Shown piece after piece: positions 17,836 to 26,370 of a stretch of DNA of 32,000 bases (position 1 is the first letter of the stretch; the number at the start of each line of letters is the position of its first letter). The DNA lies in assembly GCA_965219535.1 (NCBI GenBank), contig CBDCNV010000001.1, positions 450,001-482,000 of the forward strand, given 5' to 3'. Position numbers and translations under genes: made by a program. The notes below the pieces were generated by a model. It made no database searches, was not told the origin of the DNA, and worked only from the letters and a program-made list of their open reading frames with translations. This DNA comes from Opitutales bacterium (GTDB taxonomy: Bacteria > Verrucomicrobiota > Verrucomicrobiia > Opitutales > PNEW01).

Positions 17836-19093
17836 TGTCACGGCCTTTATAGTTATTCACAAAATCTTCTAAAAGTTTTACGGCTTCTTTTCCTGCATCT
17901 TCCCTGGCGAGTTCGCGTGCGAAATATTCGGCGTTTTGACGAAGCTTTTGATCGTTTTCAACCCTAAGGACGTACTCAGTCAGCAATTCCGGCCATTGTC
18001 TTTTACTTATCTTAAGTCCAACCTCCATGCGACTGGTCTCTTTAGCCCATAAAAATTGATCGGCTATATGGGGGATGATAATACCCGGTTTTCCAGAATG
18101 CCAAACTGAAGCCGTTGTTCCAGCACCACCATGGTGAATTACCACCGAGGCATGGCGAAAAAGCTGATCATGAGATACATGGTCAATGCATTTGATATTA
18201 GGCAGATCCTCTTCAGGAGATAGTTTTGCCCAACCGCGTTGAATGATAATTTTTTTATTTTTCGGCCAGCGACTGAGAAATCGATGCATCTTCTTTTCTC
18301 GATCATCGAAAGTGACACTGCCAAATGTAATTACGGGCACTTCATTGCCCGCGCAGAAATCCTGGAGCTCCTTTTCTAATTGTGGATCTTGAGCGGACTG
18401 CCAACGGAGATGGCCGATGAATTGATATCGCGGATTGATCCGGGCATTCGTGGGAAGTAGATTTTTACTTACTGCTACAAGCGCGAGATCAGCCGGAGCG
18501 AATATAAACTGTTTGATGGAGGGTGTTTTACCCTCCTTGATACGCGTGGCCAGAATTTTATTTAACGTTCTGCTAATCAGCGCGTTTGATACTTTCCATA
18601 AGGTGGTATTCCAAAATTGCTGCAGCTTTTTTGGAAAAATTATGAGAGAAGGAATATCATGAGGTGGATAGTCAGGTGAAGGTACGATCAAATGACTAAA
18701 ACAGACAACGGAAAAAGGGACATTGTATCGATCAGCTGTCACTTTAAAATGGGGGAAAAGATAGGAACAGACAAAGAGGTCTGCATCCTTCAAAGCGATT
18801 TTCAGACGTTCTAAAGTTTCATCGAGAAATGGCATTCCGCTGCGATAAATGATTTCCAATTGTTTTAACGGATGCCGCGTGCGAACCAGCTTCAGCATGC
18901 ACGAGGCGAAAATTTCCTGATCCCAATCCGGAGGTATGTATATGTATTCCAACTCGGCGCGCTCTATCTCACCCTGAAAAAGTGGAGCGGCAGCTAAGCG
19001 AACGGTATGTCCAGCTTCGCTCAGCGCTCTACCCAAAGCGATTACCGGATAGATATCACCTGTCGATCCTGCGGAGTTTAGTAAAACGCGCAC
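17810..19093 (-). CDS. GT1-family UDP-glycosyltransferase (MGT / sterol-glucosyltransferase-like)
   Basis: 427 aa. N-terminal GSTGDIYPVIALGRAL and C-terminal VIHHGGAGTTASVWHSGKPGIIIPHIADQFLWA (UDP-sugar binding signature). The last ~8 codons and the stop lie inside a heptamer array. Confidence 0.75.
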   Translation of the reverse strand: MRVLLNSAGSTGDIYPVIALGRALSEAGHTVRLAAAPLFQGEIERAELEYIYIPPDWDQEIFASCMLKLVRTRHPLKQLEIIYRSGMPFLDETLERLKIALKDADLFVCSYLFPHFKVTADRYNVPFSVVCFSHLIVPSPDYPPHDIPSLIIFPKKLQQFWNTTLWKVSNALISRTLNKILATRIKEGKTPSIKQFIFAPADLALVAVSKNLLPTNARINPRYQFIGHLRWQSAQDPQLEKELQDFCAGNEVPVITFGSVTFDDREKKMHRFLSRWPKNKKIIIQRGWAKLSPEEDLPNIKCIDHVSHDQLFRHASVVIHHGGAGTTASVWHSGKPGIIIPHIADQFLWAKETSRMEVGLKISKRQWPELLTEYVLRVENDQKLRQNAEYFARELAREDAGKEAVKLLEDFVNNYKGRDNFRFPIAE

Positions 19094-19299
19094 TTTTCAA
19101 GTTTCGATTCTTGGATGAGGGTTGTCGAGCTTTGCTCTAGGAAGCCGATGGGAAATATCGCTCATGAAAAGGCGAGTCTCGGGTGTCGATTGAATGTAAA
19201 TCTTTAGTCACATCACCTGGACGACGACTTTTCGGTCCTGTGATAATTTTATTTATTTTCCACTTGAAAAATCACAAGTAAGGATTGAACTTTAGGTAC

Positions 19300-22200
19300 A
19301 TGCCTGGCGCTGATACGGAATTCGTACATCTTCATCTCCATACTGATTATAGTCTTCTCGATGGGGCCTGCCGTATCGACCGACTGATGGGTCAAGCGGC
19401 TGACTTCGGCATGAAGTCTCTCGCCATTACCGATCATGGTAATCTTTTCGGACTCGTCGATTTCTATCAGACAGCGAAAAAATTTGAAATAAATCCTCTC
19501 CTCGGTTGCGAAATTTATTTAGTGAGCGGAAGCCGTCTGGAGCGGCCTGAAAGAGGTCACCACATTTATTATCACATGGGGCTTTTGGCACGTAACTATA
19601 CTGGATATAAAAATCTTACAAAATTGGTATCCGATGCTCACATCAGGGGATTTTACTATAAACCGAGGACGGACATCGAACAACTTGCCGCCCATGCCGA
19701 AGGACTTATCGGGTTTACCGGTTGTTTACAAGGAGTCGTTCCCCAGATGCTCCTTCACGATCAATTTGAGGAAGCGCGTGAATGGATCGGACGCTTCATT
19801 GATATTTTTGGAAGAGAAAATTACATAGTTGAAATACAGGATCACCACATACCTGAGCAGAAAAAGATTATACCCTTGCTGCTTAAGCTTGCCGAGGAAT
19901 TTAAACTTAAAGTTGTTTGCACTAATGATGTGCATTTCGTCAAAGAAAGTGATTCTGCTTCACATGACGTGCTGCTTTGTATCCAGACGGGTTCGAAAGT
20001 TGAAGATGAAAAACGCATGCGATTCGCCAATGATAACTTTTATCTCAAGACGGGCGAAGAAATGGCGCATTTATTTAGCGAACTTCCCGAATCTCTTGAA
20101 AATACGAGGGCGGTGGCTGAAATGTGCGATGTGAAGCTACCTCTTGGTGAAAATCACTATCCGGTTTTTAAAATGGCACCTGAAATTCAGGCGCGTAGCA
20201 AAACCAACGCCGGCTATTTGAAAGAACTTTGCATTAATGGACTGCAAAAACGGTACGAAGTCGATTACCATAACCCGAATAAGTACAAACCCAAAGCGAA
20301 TGAAGATGCCGATTTAGCGAACACGCTGATCGAGCGAATAAACCACGAACTGGAAGTCATCGATAATACAGGCTACGTCGATTATTTCCTGATCGTTCAA
20401 GATTTCATCAATTGGGCCTTGAATCAAAGCATACCCGTAGGGCCGGGCCGCGGTTCGGGTGCCGGCAGTCTTGTCGCTTATCTCACGCATATTACCGACA
20501 TTGACCCGATACGCTTCAAGCTACTTTTCGAACGCTTTTTAAATGAAGATCGTATCTCTCCACCTGACTTCGATATTGATTTTTGTATGCGTCGGCGAGG
20601 TGAAGTTATTGAATATGTCCGCAATAAATACGGCAATGATTGCTTTGCTAATATTATTACCTTTGGAACCTTTGGAGCGAAGATGGTTGTACGCGATGTT
20701 GCGCGTGTTCTCGATATTCCATACGGAGAAGCGGATCGCATTGCGAAAATGGTGCCGGACGATCTTAAAATCACTCTCGATGAATCTGTCTTAAGGAGTT
20801 CTGAGTTACAGAAGGAAGTTGAGAACAATGAACTGGCCCGGAAAATAATCGAGCATGGTAAAATCATAGAAGGAATGGTGCGAAATACTGGTACGCATGC
20901 TGCCGGTGTTATTATCAGTGATCGGCCGCTTACGGAGTATATACCACTCACTCTTCAAGAAGGCGCGTTAACTACTCAATACCCCCAGCTTCCCGTGGAA
21001 AACCTCGGGTTGCTTAAGATGGACTTTCTCGGACTTAAAACGCTGACCGTAATTGCCGATGCAGAGGAAAACATACGTCTAACAGCTGATGAAAATTTTG
21101 ACATCAATAATATCCCTTTTAATGATGAAAAGACATTTCAACTTATCGATGATGGATTAACAACTGGAGTATTTCAGTTAGAGTCTGGCGGAATGCGCAA
21201 CCTTTGTCGGCAGATTAAGATCTCCAGCATCGATGAAATCGTTGCCCTTATTGCTCTTTATCGACCCGGGCCAATGGAATGGATCCCGGATTACATCCGC
21301 GGCAAACAGGACCCCTCGACGATAAAATTCCCCCATCCCCTTCTCGAAGAGATTTGTAAGGAGACTTACGGAGTCATGGTTTACCAGGAACAGGTAATTG
21401 AATCAGCTAAAGTTATCGCGGGCTATACCCTCGGGGCTGCCGATATTCTGCGCCATGCCATGGGTAAGAAGAAAGTCAGTGAGATGAAAAAGCAGCGCGT
21501 TGTGTTCGTGGAGGGCGCCTTTAAAACTCACGGCATTGAAAAGAAAAAAGCTTTAGAAATTTTCTCTATTCTCGAAAAATTTGCCGGCTACGGGTTTAAT
21601 AAATCACATTCCGCTGCCTATGCGATCCTCAGCTATCGGACCGCTTACCTGAAAGCAAATTATTCGGTACAGTTCATGGCCGCGCTTCTCTCCAGTGAGC
21701 TCGGTAATGCCGATAAGGTTGCCTTCATTATCGATGAATGTGGCGCTTTAAACATTCCCGTGCTTGGGCCTGATACCAACTTATCCCGGCAGAATTTTAC
21801 TCCTGTTTATGATGAAGCTACAGGAAAGGGAAGCATCCGGTTTGGCCTCGCCGCGATGCGGGGGGTGGGTGATGCGGCCGCAAGCAAAATTATAGAAGAG
21901 CGAGAAAGCAATGGAGACTATCATGACTTTCATGAATTTATTTCCCGAATAGATTCACGATCAGTGAATAGGCGTGTTTTGGAATGCCTTATAAAATCAG
22001 GTGCCTTTGATTATTCAGGTGATGATCGGGGAGCCTTGCTCGAAGACATCGATGGTATTTTGAATGAGATGGTTGAGCTCCAACGTGATCGCGAGCGCGG
22101 GCAGGAGTCATTTTTTGATTTATTGGATTCGGCAACAGAGCCCCCTGACGGCTCCAATGGGAGTAACGGACACCATGGTAATGGAAGATTAAGAACAAAC

Positions 22201-22884
22201 ACCGTTATGCCTTTGTTCGAAAAACTTAAGTATGAAAAAGAACTGCTTGGTTTCTATGTCTCGGGACATCCGATGAATGGATATAAGGATCTCGATATCG
22301 CTATTGATACGATCAAGGATAATAACTTACTTACTCTTGAAGACCGTTCATATTTTCGTCTCTGTGGCGTCGTTTCGAATATTTCAAAAAAAATCTCAAG
22401 GAGGGATAAGCGCCCCTGGGCTATCCTAAGCCTGGGAACCAGACATTCTACTTACAGCATTAACATCTATGCTGAGGCTTTTTCTAAATACAGTGAAATG
22501 CTTGTCAATGGAGAGCTATTGATGGTAACCGGCATTGTTTTGAAAAGGGATGATGATGTTCGATTGAGCGCTGATGTTATACACCCGCTTGATCCCAGTA
22601 TACCTGATGTAATAAAAAAGATTTGCTGGATAGTACGACCCGATGCGCAAGCTGATGATTTTCTTGATAAACTGAGGAACATAATCGGCGACAATTATGG
22701 TGATACTCAAAATGAAATAGGTTTTCTCGTGGATGATAATCATCTTGTTGTCACCAATATCGCAGCCTCGCTGACCTGGAAAGTGCGGCCTGACGATTTT
22801 TTAAAACTTCGCCAACATCCCGCTGTTGTTAGTGTCGAAATCCAGTCTAACATGCCTTATTCGAATGTAAATCACCCCTGGTAG
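19300..22884 (+). CDS. dnaE: DNA polymerase III alpha subunit
   Basis: About 1195 aa. PHP domain [15 protein letters not shown], polymerase core [14 protein letters not shown] and DFDIDF, and [10 protein letters not shown]. The ORF track starts at TTG 19285; ATG 19300 is an equally good start. Confidence 0.95.
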   Translation: MPGADTEFVHLHLHTDYSLLDGACRIDRLMGQAADFGMKSLAITDHGNLFGLVDFYQTAKKFEINPLLGCEIYLVSGSRLERPERGHHIYYHMGLLARNYTGYKNLTKLVSDAHIRGFYYKPRTDIEQLAAHAEGLIGFTGCLQGVVPQMLLHDQFEEAREWIGRFIDIFGRENYIVEIQDHHIPEQKKIIPLLLKLAEEFKLKVVCTNDVHFVKESDSASHDVLLCIQTGSKVEDEKRMRFANDNFYLKTGEEMAHLFSELPESLENTRAVAEMCDVKLPLGENHYPVFKMAPEIQARSKTNAGYLKELCINGLQKRYEVDYHNPNKYKPKANEDADLANTLIERINHELEVIDNTGYVDYFLIVQDFINWALNQSIPVGPGRGSGAGSLVAYLTHITDIDPIRFKLLFERFLNEDRISPPDFDIDFCMRRRGEVIEYVRNKYGNDCFANIITFGTFGAKMVVRDVARVLDIPYGEADRIAKMVPDDLKITLDESVLRSSELQKEVENNELARKIIEHGKIIEGMVRNTGTHAAGVIISDRPLTEYIPLTLQEGALTTQYPQLPVENLGLLKMDFLGLKTLTVIADAEENIRLTADENFDINNIPFNDEKTFQLIDDGLTTGVFQLESGGMRNLCRQIKISSIDEIVALIALYRPGPMEWIPDYIRGKQDPSTIKFPHPLLEEICKETYGVMVYQEQVIESAKVIAGYTLGAADILRHAMGKKKVSEMKKQRVVFVEGAFKTHGIEKKKALEIFSILEKFAGYGFNKSHSAAYAILSYRTAYLKANYSVQFMAALLSSELGNADKVAFIIDECGALNIPVLGPDTNLSRQNFTPVYDEATGKGSIRFGLAAMRGVGDAAASKIIEERESNGDYHDFHEFISRIDSRSVNRRVLECLIKSGAFDYSGDDRGALLEDIDGILNEMVELQRDRERGQESFFDLLDSATEPPDGSNGSNGHHGNGRLRTNTVMPLFEKLKYEKELLGFYVSGHPMNGYKDLDIAIDTIKDNNLLTLEDRSYFRLCGVVSNISKKISRRDKRPWAILSLGTRHSTYSINIYAEAFSKYSEMLVNGELLMVTGIVLKRDDDVRLSADVIHPLDPSIPDVIKKICWIVRPDAQADDFLDKLRNIIGDNYGDTQNEIGFLVDDNHLVVTNIAASLTWKVRPDDFLKLRQHPAVVSVEIQSNMPYSNVNHPW

Positions 22885-22893
22885 ATAATTTTC

Positions 22894-22921
22894 GAATTCC
22901 GATTTTCGATTGACGATTGAC
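22894..22921. repeat. Heptamer array, 4 units, directly downstream of the dnaE stop
   Basis: GAATTCC GATTTTC GATTGAC GATTGAC, preceded by a degenerate GATAATTTTC that overlaps the TAG stop at 22882-22884. Confidence 0.8.
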
Positions 22922-23103
22922 CCTAACGGTATCATGAGGGTGTAGCGACATCTTCCTTTCCAGAGGGTAGTATATTTCTGAGATCACTGAAGATAATCCG
23001 TGGATTGAGATAAAATTATCCTTGATATCGGCTACCTCTACTGAACCTGTAAGGCAACACCCTGCAACGCGTGGCCCGCCAACATGTATATTGCATTCTT
23101 TAT

Positions 23104-23152
23104 CAATCGACAATCGGCAATCGAAAATCAGCAATCCGACATCGACAATTGT
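23104..23152. repeat. Heptamer array, 7 units, inverted partner of 22894-22921, abutting the nitroreductase stop
   Basis: CAATCGA CAATCGG CAATCGA AAATCAG CAATCCG ACATCGA CAATTGT, ending 1 nt before the stop at 23154-23156. The reverse complement of 23109-23129 matches 22901-22921 at 19 of 21 positions. Confidence 0.85.
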
Positions 23153-23153
23153 C

Positions 23154-23972
23154 TCACGCGAGATCAAAGCCGTGATTGTTTAAAAAATCTTTGAATTCCG
23201 GCCGCTCGGGTAATGATAATTGTCGTGCCACATTTTCGGACCAACTGCAGCATTCAAGCACCCCATATTTGTCAGTATGGCGCTGCTTTTCTGGCGGGAT
23301 GGCATGCCGTTCATGCCTGCGTTTATCGTAATCCTCAATTTCAGCAGCGAGATCAGTATCTTTGTATCGATCTTGATGAATAATTGTTGATGGGGGGAGG
23401 CGCAGAGATACATAACCCTCGGATAGGGGCCAGCCGATGCAAAGACCGCAAATAGGGTAGACCCCGGGTGGTAAATCCAGAAGTTCACAAATTGTATTCA
23501 TGCGGTCTCTAATTGCGCTGATTGGACAGCAACCCAGGCCGATTGATTCCGCGGCAAGGATAAGGCTCTGCATTGAAAGAGCTGAGTCGATTGTCGCATT
23601 AATGAAACTATCAATGTTGTTGTTCTCGTATCCATGACCCCGCCAACCAGCGATCCTTTGGTTGCGTCTCATGTCAGCGCAAAAAATAAGGAAAACAGGT
23701 GCCTTACCTTCCCATCCGCCAATGACTTCACGAGCGTCTGGATCTCTGACAACAATTATTGAGTACTGTTGTAAGTCCGATTTCGAAGGTGCCGACTGAG
23801 CACAGGCGAGCAACACCTCCAAAAGCTCATCGTCTATGGGTTTATCCTCGTATTTTCGCTGTGTGCGGCGTGAGAGGATATCGGCAACTGTCCCCTCATT
23901 ACACATTTCAGCTCCGACTTCTGTTTTTATTCCAAAACGTTCTTCTATAAGTTGGGATATTTTTTTCATCAT
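23154..23972 (-). CDS. Nitroreductase family protein
   Basis: 272 aa. SRRTQRKYEDKPIDDELLEVLLACAQSAPSKSDLQQYSIIVVRD is a typical nitroreductase-fold N-terminal FMN-binding segment. Confidence 0.8.
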   Translation of the reverse strand: MMKKISQLIEERFGIKTEVGAEMCNEGTVADILSRRTQRKYEDKPIDDELLEVLLACAQSAPSKSDLQQYSIIVVRDPDAREVIGGWEGKAPVFLIFCADMRRNQRIAGWRGHGYENNNIDSFINATIDSALSMQSLILAAESIGLGCCPISAIRDRMNTICELLDLPPGVYPICGLCIGWPLSEGYVSLRLPPSTIIHQDRYKDTDLAAEIEDYDKRRHERHAIPPEKQRHTDKYGVLECCSWSENVARQLSLPERPEFKDFLNNHGFDLA

Positions 23973-23990
23973 ATAATAAGGTGAACGGAC

Positions 23991-24004
23991 GATTGACGAT
24001 TAAA
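23991..24004. repeat. Short heptamer array (2 units) upstream of the nitroreductase start
   Basis: GATTGAC GATTAAA, preceded by a degenerate GAACGGAC. Confidence 0.55.
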
Positions 24005-24052
24005 CTACAGAGTTGTCCAACCTGTGTCTTGCCCAGTATGTGGCTATCTTAA

Positions 24053-24087
24053 CATTCGACAATCGAAAATCTGCAATCGTCATTTGA
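24053..24087. repeat. Heptamer array, 5 units, downstream of the rnhC stop
   Basis: CATTCGA CAATCGA AAATCTG CAATCGT CATTTGA, ending 4 nt before the rnhC stop at 24092-24094. Inverted relative to 23991-24004. Confidence 0.8.
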
Positions 24088-24091
24088 TTGG

Positions 24092-25060
24092 CTATTTACT
24101 TGCCACAGGTAAACCAAGAACTTCGCGGGCAGTTTTAAAATGAAGTTTTGCGAATTCACCTAGTGCGTTGGGACCTTTGTTGGCGACTATCTTTTGCGCT
24201 TGTTTTTTAACCTCTGCGGAGGCCCCTTTTTTCAGTGTTTCCCCCGCTTTTTTAGAGAGAGTATCCATTTGTCTAACAAATTCAGCGCGGGCGCAAATAG
24301 AAGCCGCAGCCACTACTGGATCCCCCTCAGCTTTCGTTCGCATGCGTAATTCAAAGTCTTCATCTTTAATCATTTTCTGAACTAAAGGTTCTTTGCTGAA
24401 CTGATCCAGAAGACCCCAGCTTACAGGTTTCTTTTTTAGAGCATCTTCAAGCGCGCGCGCATGCAACCATGCCATGAGACGGTTGAGATTGGCGCGTGGT
24501 TTAGACATCAATTGGTTATATTTATTCATTCCGCAGTAGGCGGTTTGGACAACTACACCGCGTGTACTGCGGATTATCTTTTCTATGTCGATGACGGAAG
24601 AGTCTGTCATTCTCTTGCTATCTTTAACCCCTTTTTTCAACCAATCACGTACCATATCACCATCTGCAATGACACAGCAGGTAATAAGGGGACCAAATAA
24701 ATCACCTTTACCCGCTTCATCCAAGCCAGCGTGAGGTTCAAACCAATCTGGGTTGTAAAATTCTTCGTAACCCAGGCGTGGTTCACCGGTGATTTCTGCT
24801 TCCAGCGTATCGCGCACAAAATCTTCCGTCCCCTTGCCCTGGATTACTAATTTGCCGCTTTCATATGCGACAATGTTAACCTTTTCATGAGTGGCTTTGA
24901 ATGCGAATCGTGCGTAATCCACAGCGTAATACTCCCAAACTCGCTGATCACAAATATGCTCCAACTTTTTCATTTGCTCATCATTGAGCTCAATGGTGTA
25001 TAAAGTGAGCTTTTTAGGTTCGGTGTCTTTACTTAGAGCTTTTTTATTTTTCTTCGCCAT
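24092..25060 (-). CDS. rnhC: Ribonuclease HIII
   Basis: 322 aa. RNase HII/HIII catalytic motif GLDEAGKGDLFGPL preceded by an N-terminal extension of about 100 aa, which is the RNase HIII architecture. Length fits HIII rather than HII. Confidence 0.8.
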   Translation of the reverse strand: MAKKNKKALSKDTEPKKLTLYTIELNDEQMKKLEHICDQRVWEYYAVDYARFAFKATHEKVNIVAYESGKLVIQGKGTEDFVRDTLEAEITGEPRLGYEEFYNPDWFEPHAGLDEAGKGDLFGPLITCCVIADGDMVRDWLKKGVKDSKRMTDSSVIDIEKIIRSTRGVVVQTAYCGMNKYNQLMSKPRANLNRLMAWLHARALEDALKKKPVSWGLLDQFSKEPLVQKMIKDEDFELRMRTKAEGDPVVAAASICARAEFVRQMDTLSKKAGETLKKGASAEVKKQAQKIVANKGPNALGEFAKLHFKTAREVLGLPVASK

Positions 25061-25130
25061 TGATTATCTTTTAACCCCAAAATATTATTACAATCAATCT
25101 CCAACTTTCATTAATATACCTAAACAAGAC

Positions 25131-26183
25131 GTGAAGTTCAGGCTGGAAAAAGATATAACACTATTTCAGAAAAAGCTGCAACACTGGTATGCTAAACACC
25201 AGCGTGACTTGCCCTGGCGCCGTAACCCAACGCTCTATAAAACCGTGGTTTCAGAGTTTATGTTACAGCAGACACAGGTGGACACGGTTCTCCCTTACTT
25301 TCATCGGTGGATTTCAAATTTCCCTGATTTTGATTCAATTGCACGTGCAAATGAAGAGGTCGTAGTAAAAAACTGGGAAGGTTTGGGGTATTATTCACGC
25401 GCGCGAAATCTTCACCGTGTAGCCCGTATATTAACAAGTAATGAAAAGATTCCTTCTCGCGCAAAGGAGTGGGAGCAATATCCTGGTATCGGACCGTATA
25501 CTGCAGCGGCCATTTCAAGCATAAGTTTTCACTACCCAGCGGCAGTACTTGATGGGAATGTCATTCGTATACTGACACGTCTCACAGCGGACGCCACGCT
25601 GTTCAATGACAACAATTCTGCCATTCGAAAACTTACGCCCTTGGCAAATAAACTTCTCGACGTAATAAATCCGGGGACACACAACCAGGCAATGATGGAG
25701 TTAGGTGCGACGGTATGTATGCGTTCGAAACCACGTTGCTCAGTATGTCCCGTTCACTCTTTTTGCTCTGCAGGTAAACGTGGAGATAGGGATCAATTCC
25801 CTCGTTTTAAGGCTAAACCGCCACAGCGCCTGAAAATTAATCGTGTATGGATACAGAGGAATGGCGCTCTTCTCTTGCACAAAGCGTCCTCTAAAGCGAA
25901 ACGTCTAGCTGATTTCTATGAGCTACCTTCAGCAGAAGGATTTGTGAAAACCCTTACGCGGAAAGACCGGTTGGTGATAAAAAAGCGCGGCATTAGTAAT
26001 CAGTATATCGAGGAGAGGATTTATCGGGTAAAATCGAACGCTAAAATTACACAACTTGTTAGATCGTCTCCTGATCTTCACTGGATACCGGCATTCAAAA
26101 TGAATGCGATTATCCTTTCAGGTCCCCACCGCCGTTGGATCAACCAATTGATTGCGGATTTCGGATGTCGGATTGCGGATTGA
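25131..26183 (+). CDS. mutY: A/G-specific adenine DNA glycosylase
   Basis: LPWRRNPTLYKTVVSEFMLQQTQV, GLGYYSRARNLH, DGNVIRILTRL, the 4Fe-4S loop C-x6-C-x2-C-x5-C (CMRSKPRCSVCPVHSFC) and a C-terminal NUDIX-like domain. GTG 25131 avoids the overlap with rnhC. The last ~11 codons and the stop lie inside a heptamer array. Confidence 0.85.
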   Translation: MKFRLEKDITLFQKKLQHWYAKHQRDLPWRRNPTLYKTVVSEFMLQQTQVDTVLPYFHRWISNFPDFDSIARANEEVVVKNWEGLGYYSRARNLHRVARILTSNEKIPSRAKEWEQYPGIGPYTAAAISSISFHYPAAVLDGNVIRILTRLTADATLFNDNNSAIRKLTPLANKLLDVINPGTHNQAMMELGATVCMRSKPRCSVCPVHSFCSAGKRGDRDQFPRFKAKPPQRLKINRVWIQRNGALLLHKASSKAKRLADFYELPSAEGFVKTLTRKDRLVIKKRGISNQYIEERIYRVKSNAKITQLVRSSPDLHWIPAFKMNAIILSGPHRRWINQLIADFGCRIAD

Positions 26184-26184
26184 A
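26150..26184. repeat. Heptamer array, 5 units, covering the mutY 3' end and stop
   Basis: GATTGCG GATTTCG GATGTCG GATTGCG GATTGAA, preceded by CAATTG (26145-26150). The mutY TGA at 26181-26183 lies inside the last unit. Confidence 0.85.
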
Positions 26185-26335
26185 AAGAATGCTAAAGGTG
26201 GAACGCGCTGTCCCTAGCGCGTTGGTATTAAACTAGAATATATTATAGCGTGCTGGGGAACCAGCCGTTGCGAAGGCTATAGCGGTCAGACAGCCCGGCT
26301 CCACCAAGTGTAATGAGATTAGGGGTATTCTAAAT

Positions 26336-26370
26336 CAATCTGCAATCCGAGATCCGCAATCCGCAATTGA
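26336..26370. repeat. Heptamer array, 5 units, inverted partner of 26150-26184, downstream of rpsU
   Basis: CAATCTG CAATCCG AGATCCG CAATCCG CAATTGA. The reverse complement of 26335-26363 matches 26155-26183 at 26 of 29 positions. Confidence 0.85.

Noticed and set aside
17731-17967. 78-aa plus-strand ORF
   Set aside because: It starts in the element core, runs through the heptad array and continues antisense to the GT1 gene. No coding support.
23067-23076. 10-mer ACGCGTGGCC, the reverse complement of GGCCACGCGT in the RAYT-flanking hairpin at 9852-9861, as evidence linking the two loci
   Set aside because: An exact 10-mer shared between two sites in a 32-kb window is expected by chance many times over. 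No extended similarity surrounds it.
22847-23167. 106-aa minus-strand ORF between dnaE and the nitroreductase gene
   Set aside because: It spans both heptad arms and the palindromic core and overlaps both neighbouring gene ends. It has no recognisable motif, and the region is better explained as a structured repeat element.
24984-25130. N-terminal 49 codons of the track's 399-aa mutY ORF
   Set aside because: They overlap the rnhC coding region on the opposite strand, and the translated sequence is hydrophobic with low complexity. MutY homology begins just after GTG 25131.
26155-26183. CsrA/RsmA-sponge idea based on repeated GGA motifs (CGGATT units here, AGGAT units at 11157-11185)
   Set aside because: GGA occurs only in some arrays. 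Most units of the family are GATTGTC or GATTGAC with no GGA, so the motif is not a conserved property of the element.
26184-26334. SRP (4.5S) RNA or another known housekeeping RNA in the mutY-rpsU core
   Set aside because: GTGCTG..ACCAG.. and a GGAA tetraloop suggested SRP RNA helix 8. However, the stem under the tetraloop is perfectly paired, and the conserved symmetric and asymmetric loop nucleotides (AGG/AGCA pattern) are not present on either strand. I cannot support the call without a covariance-model search.
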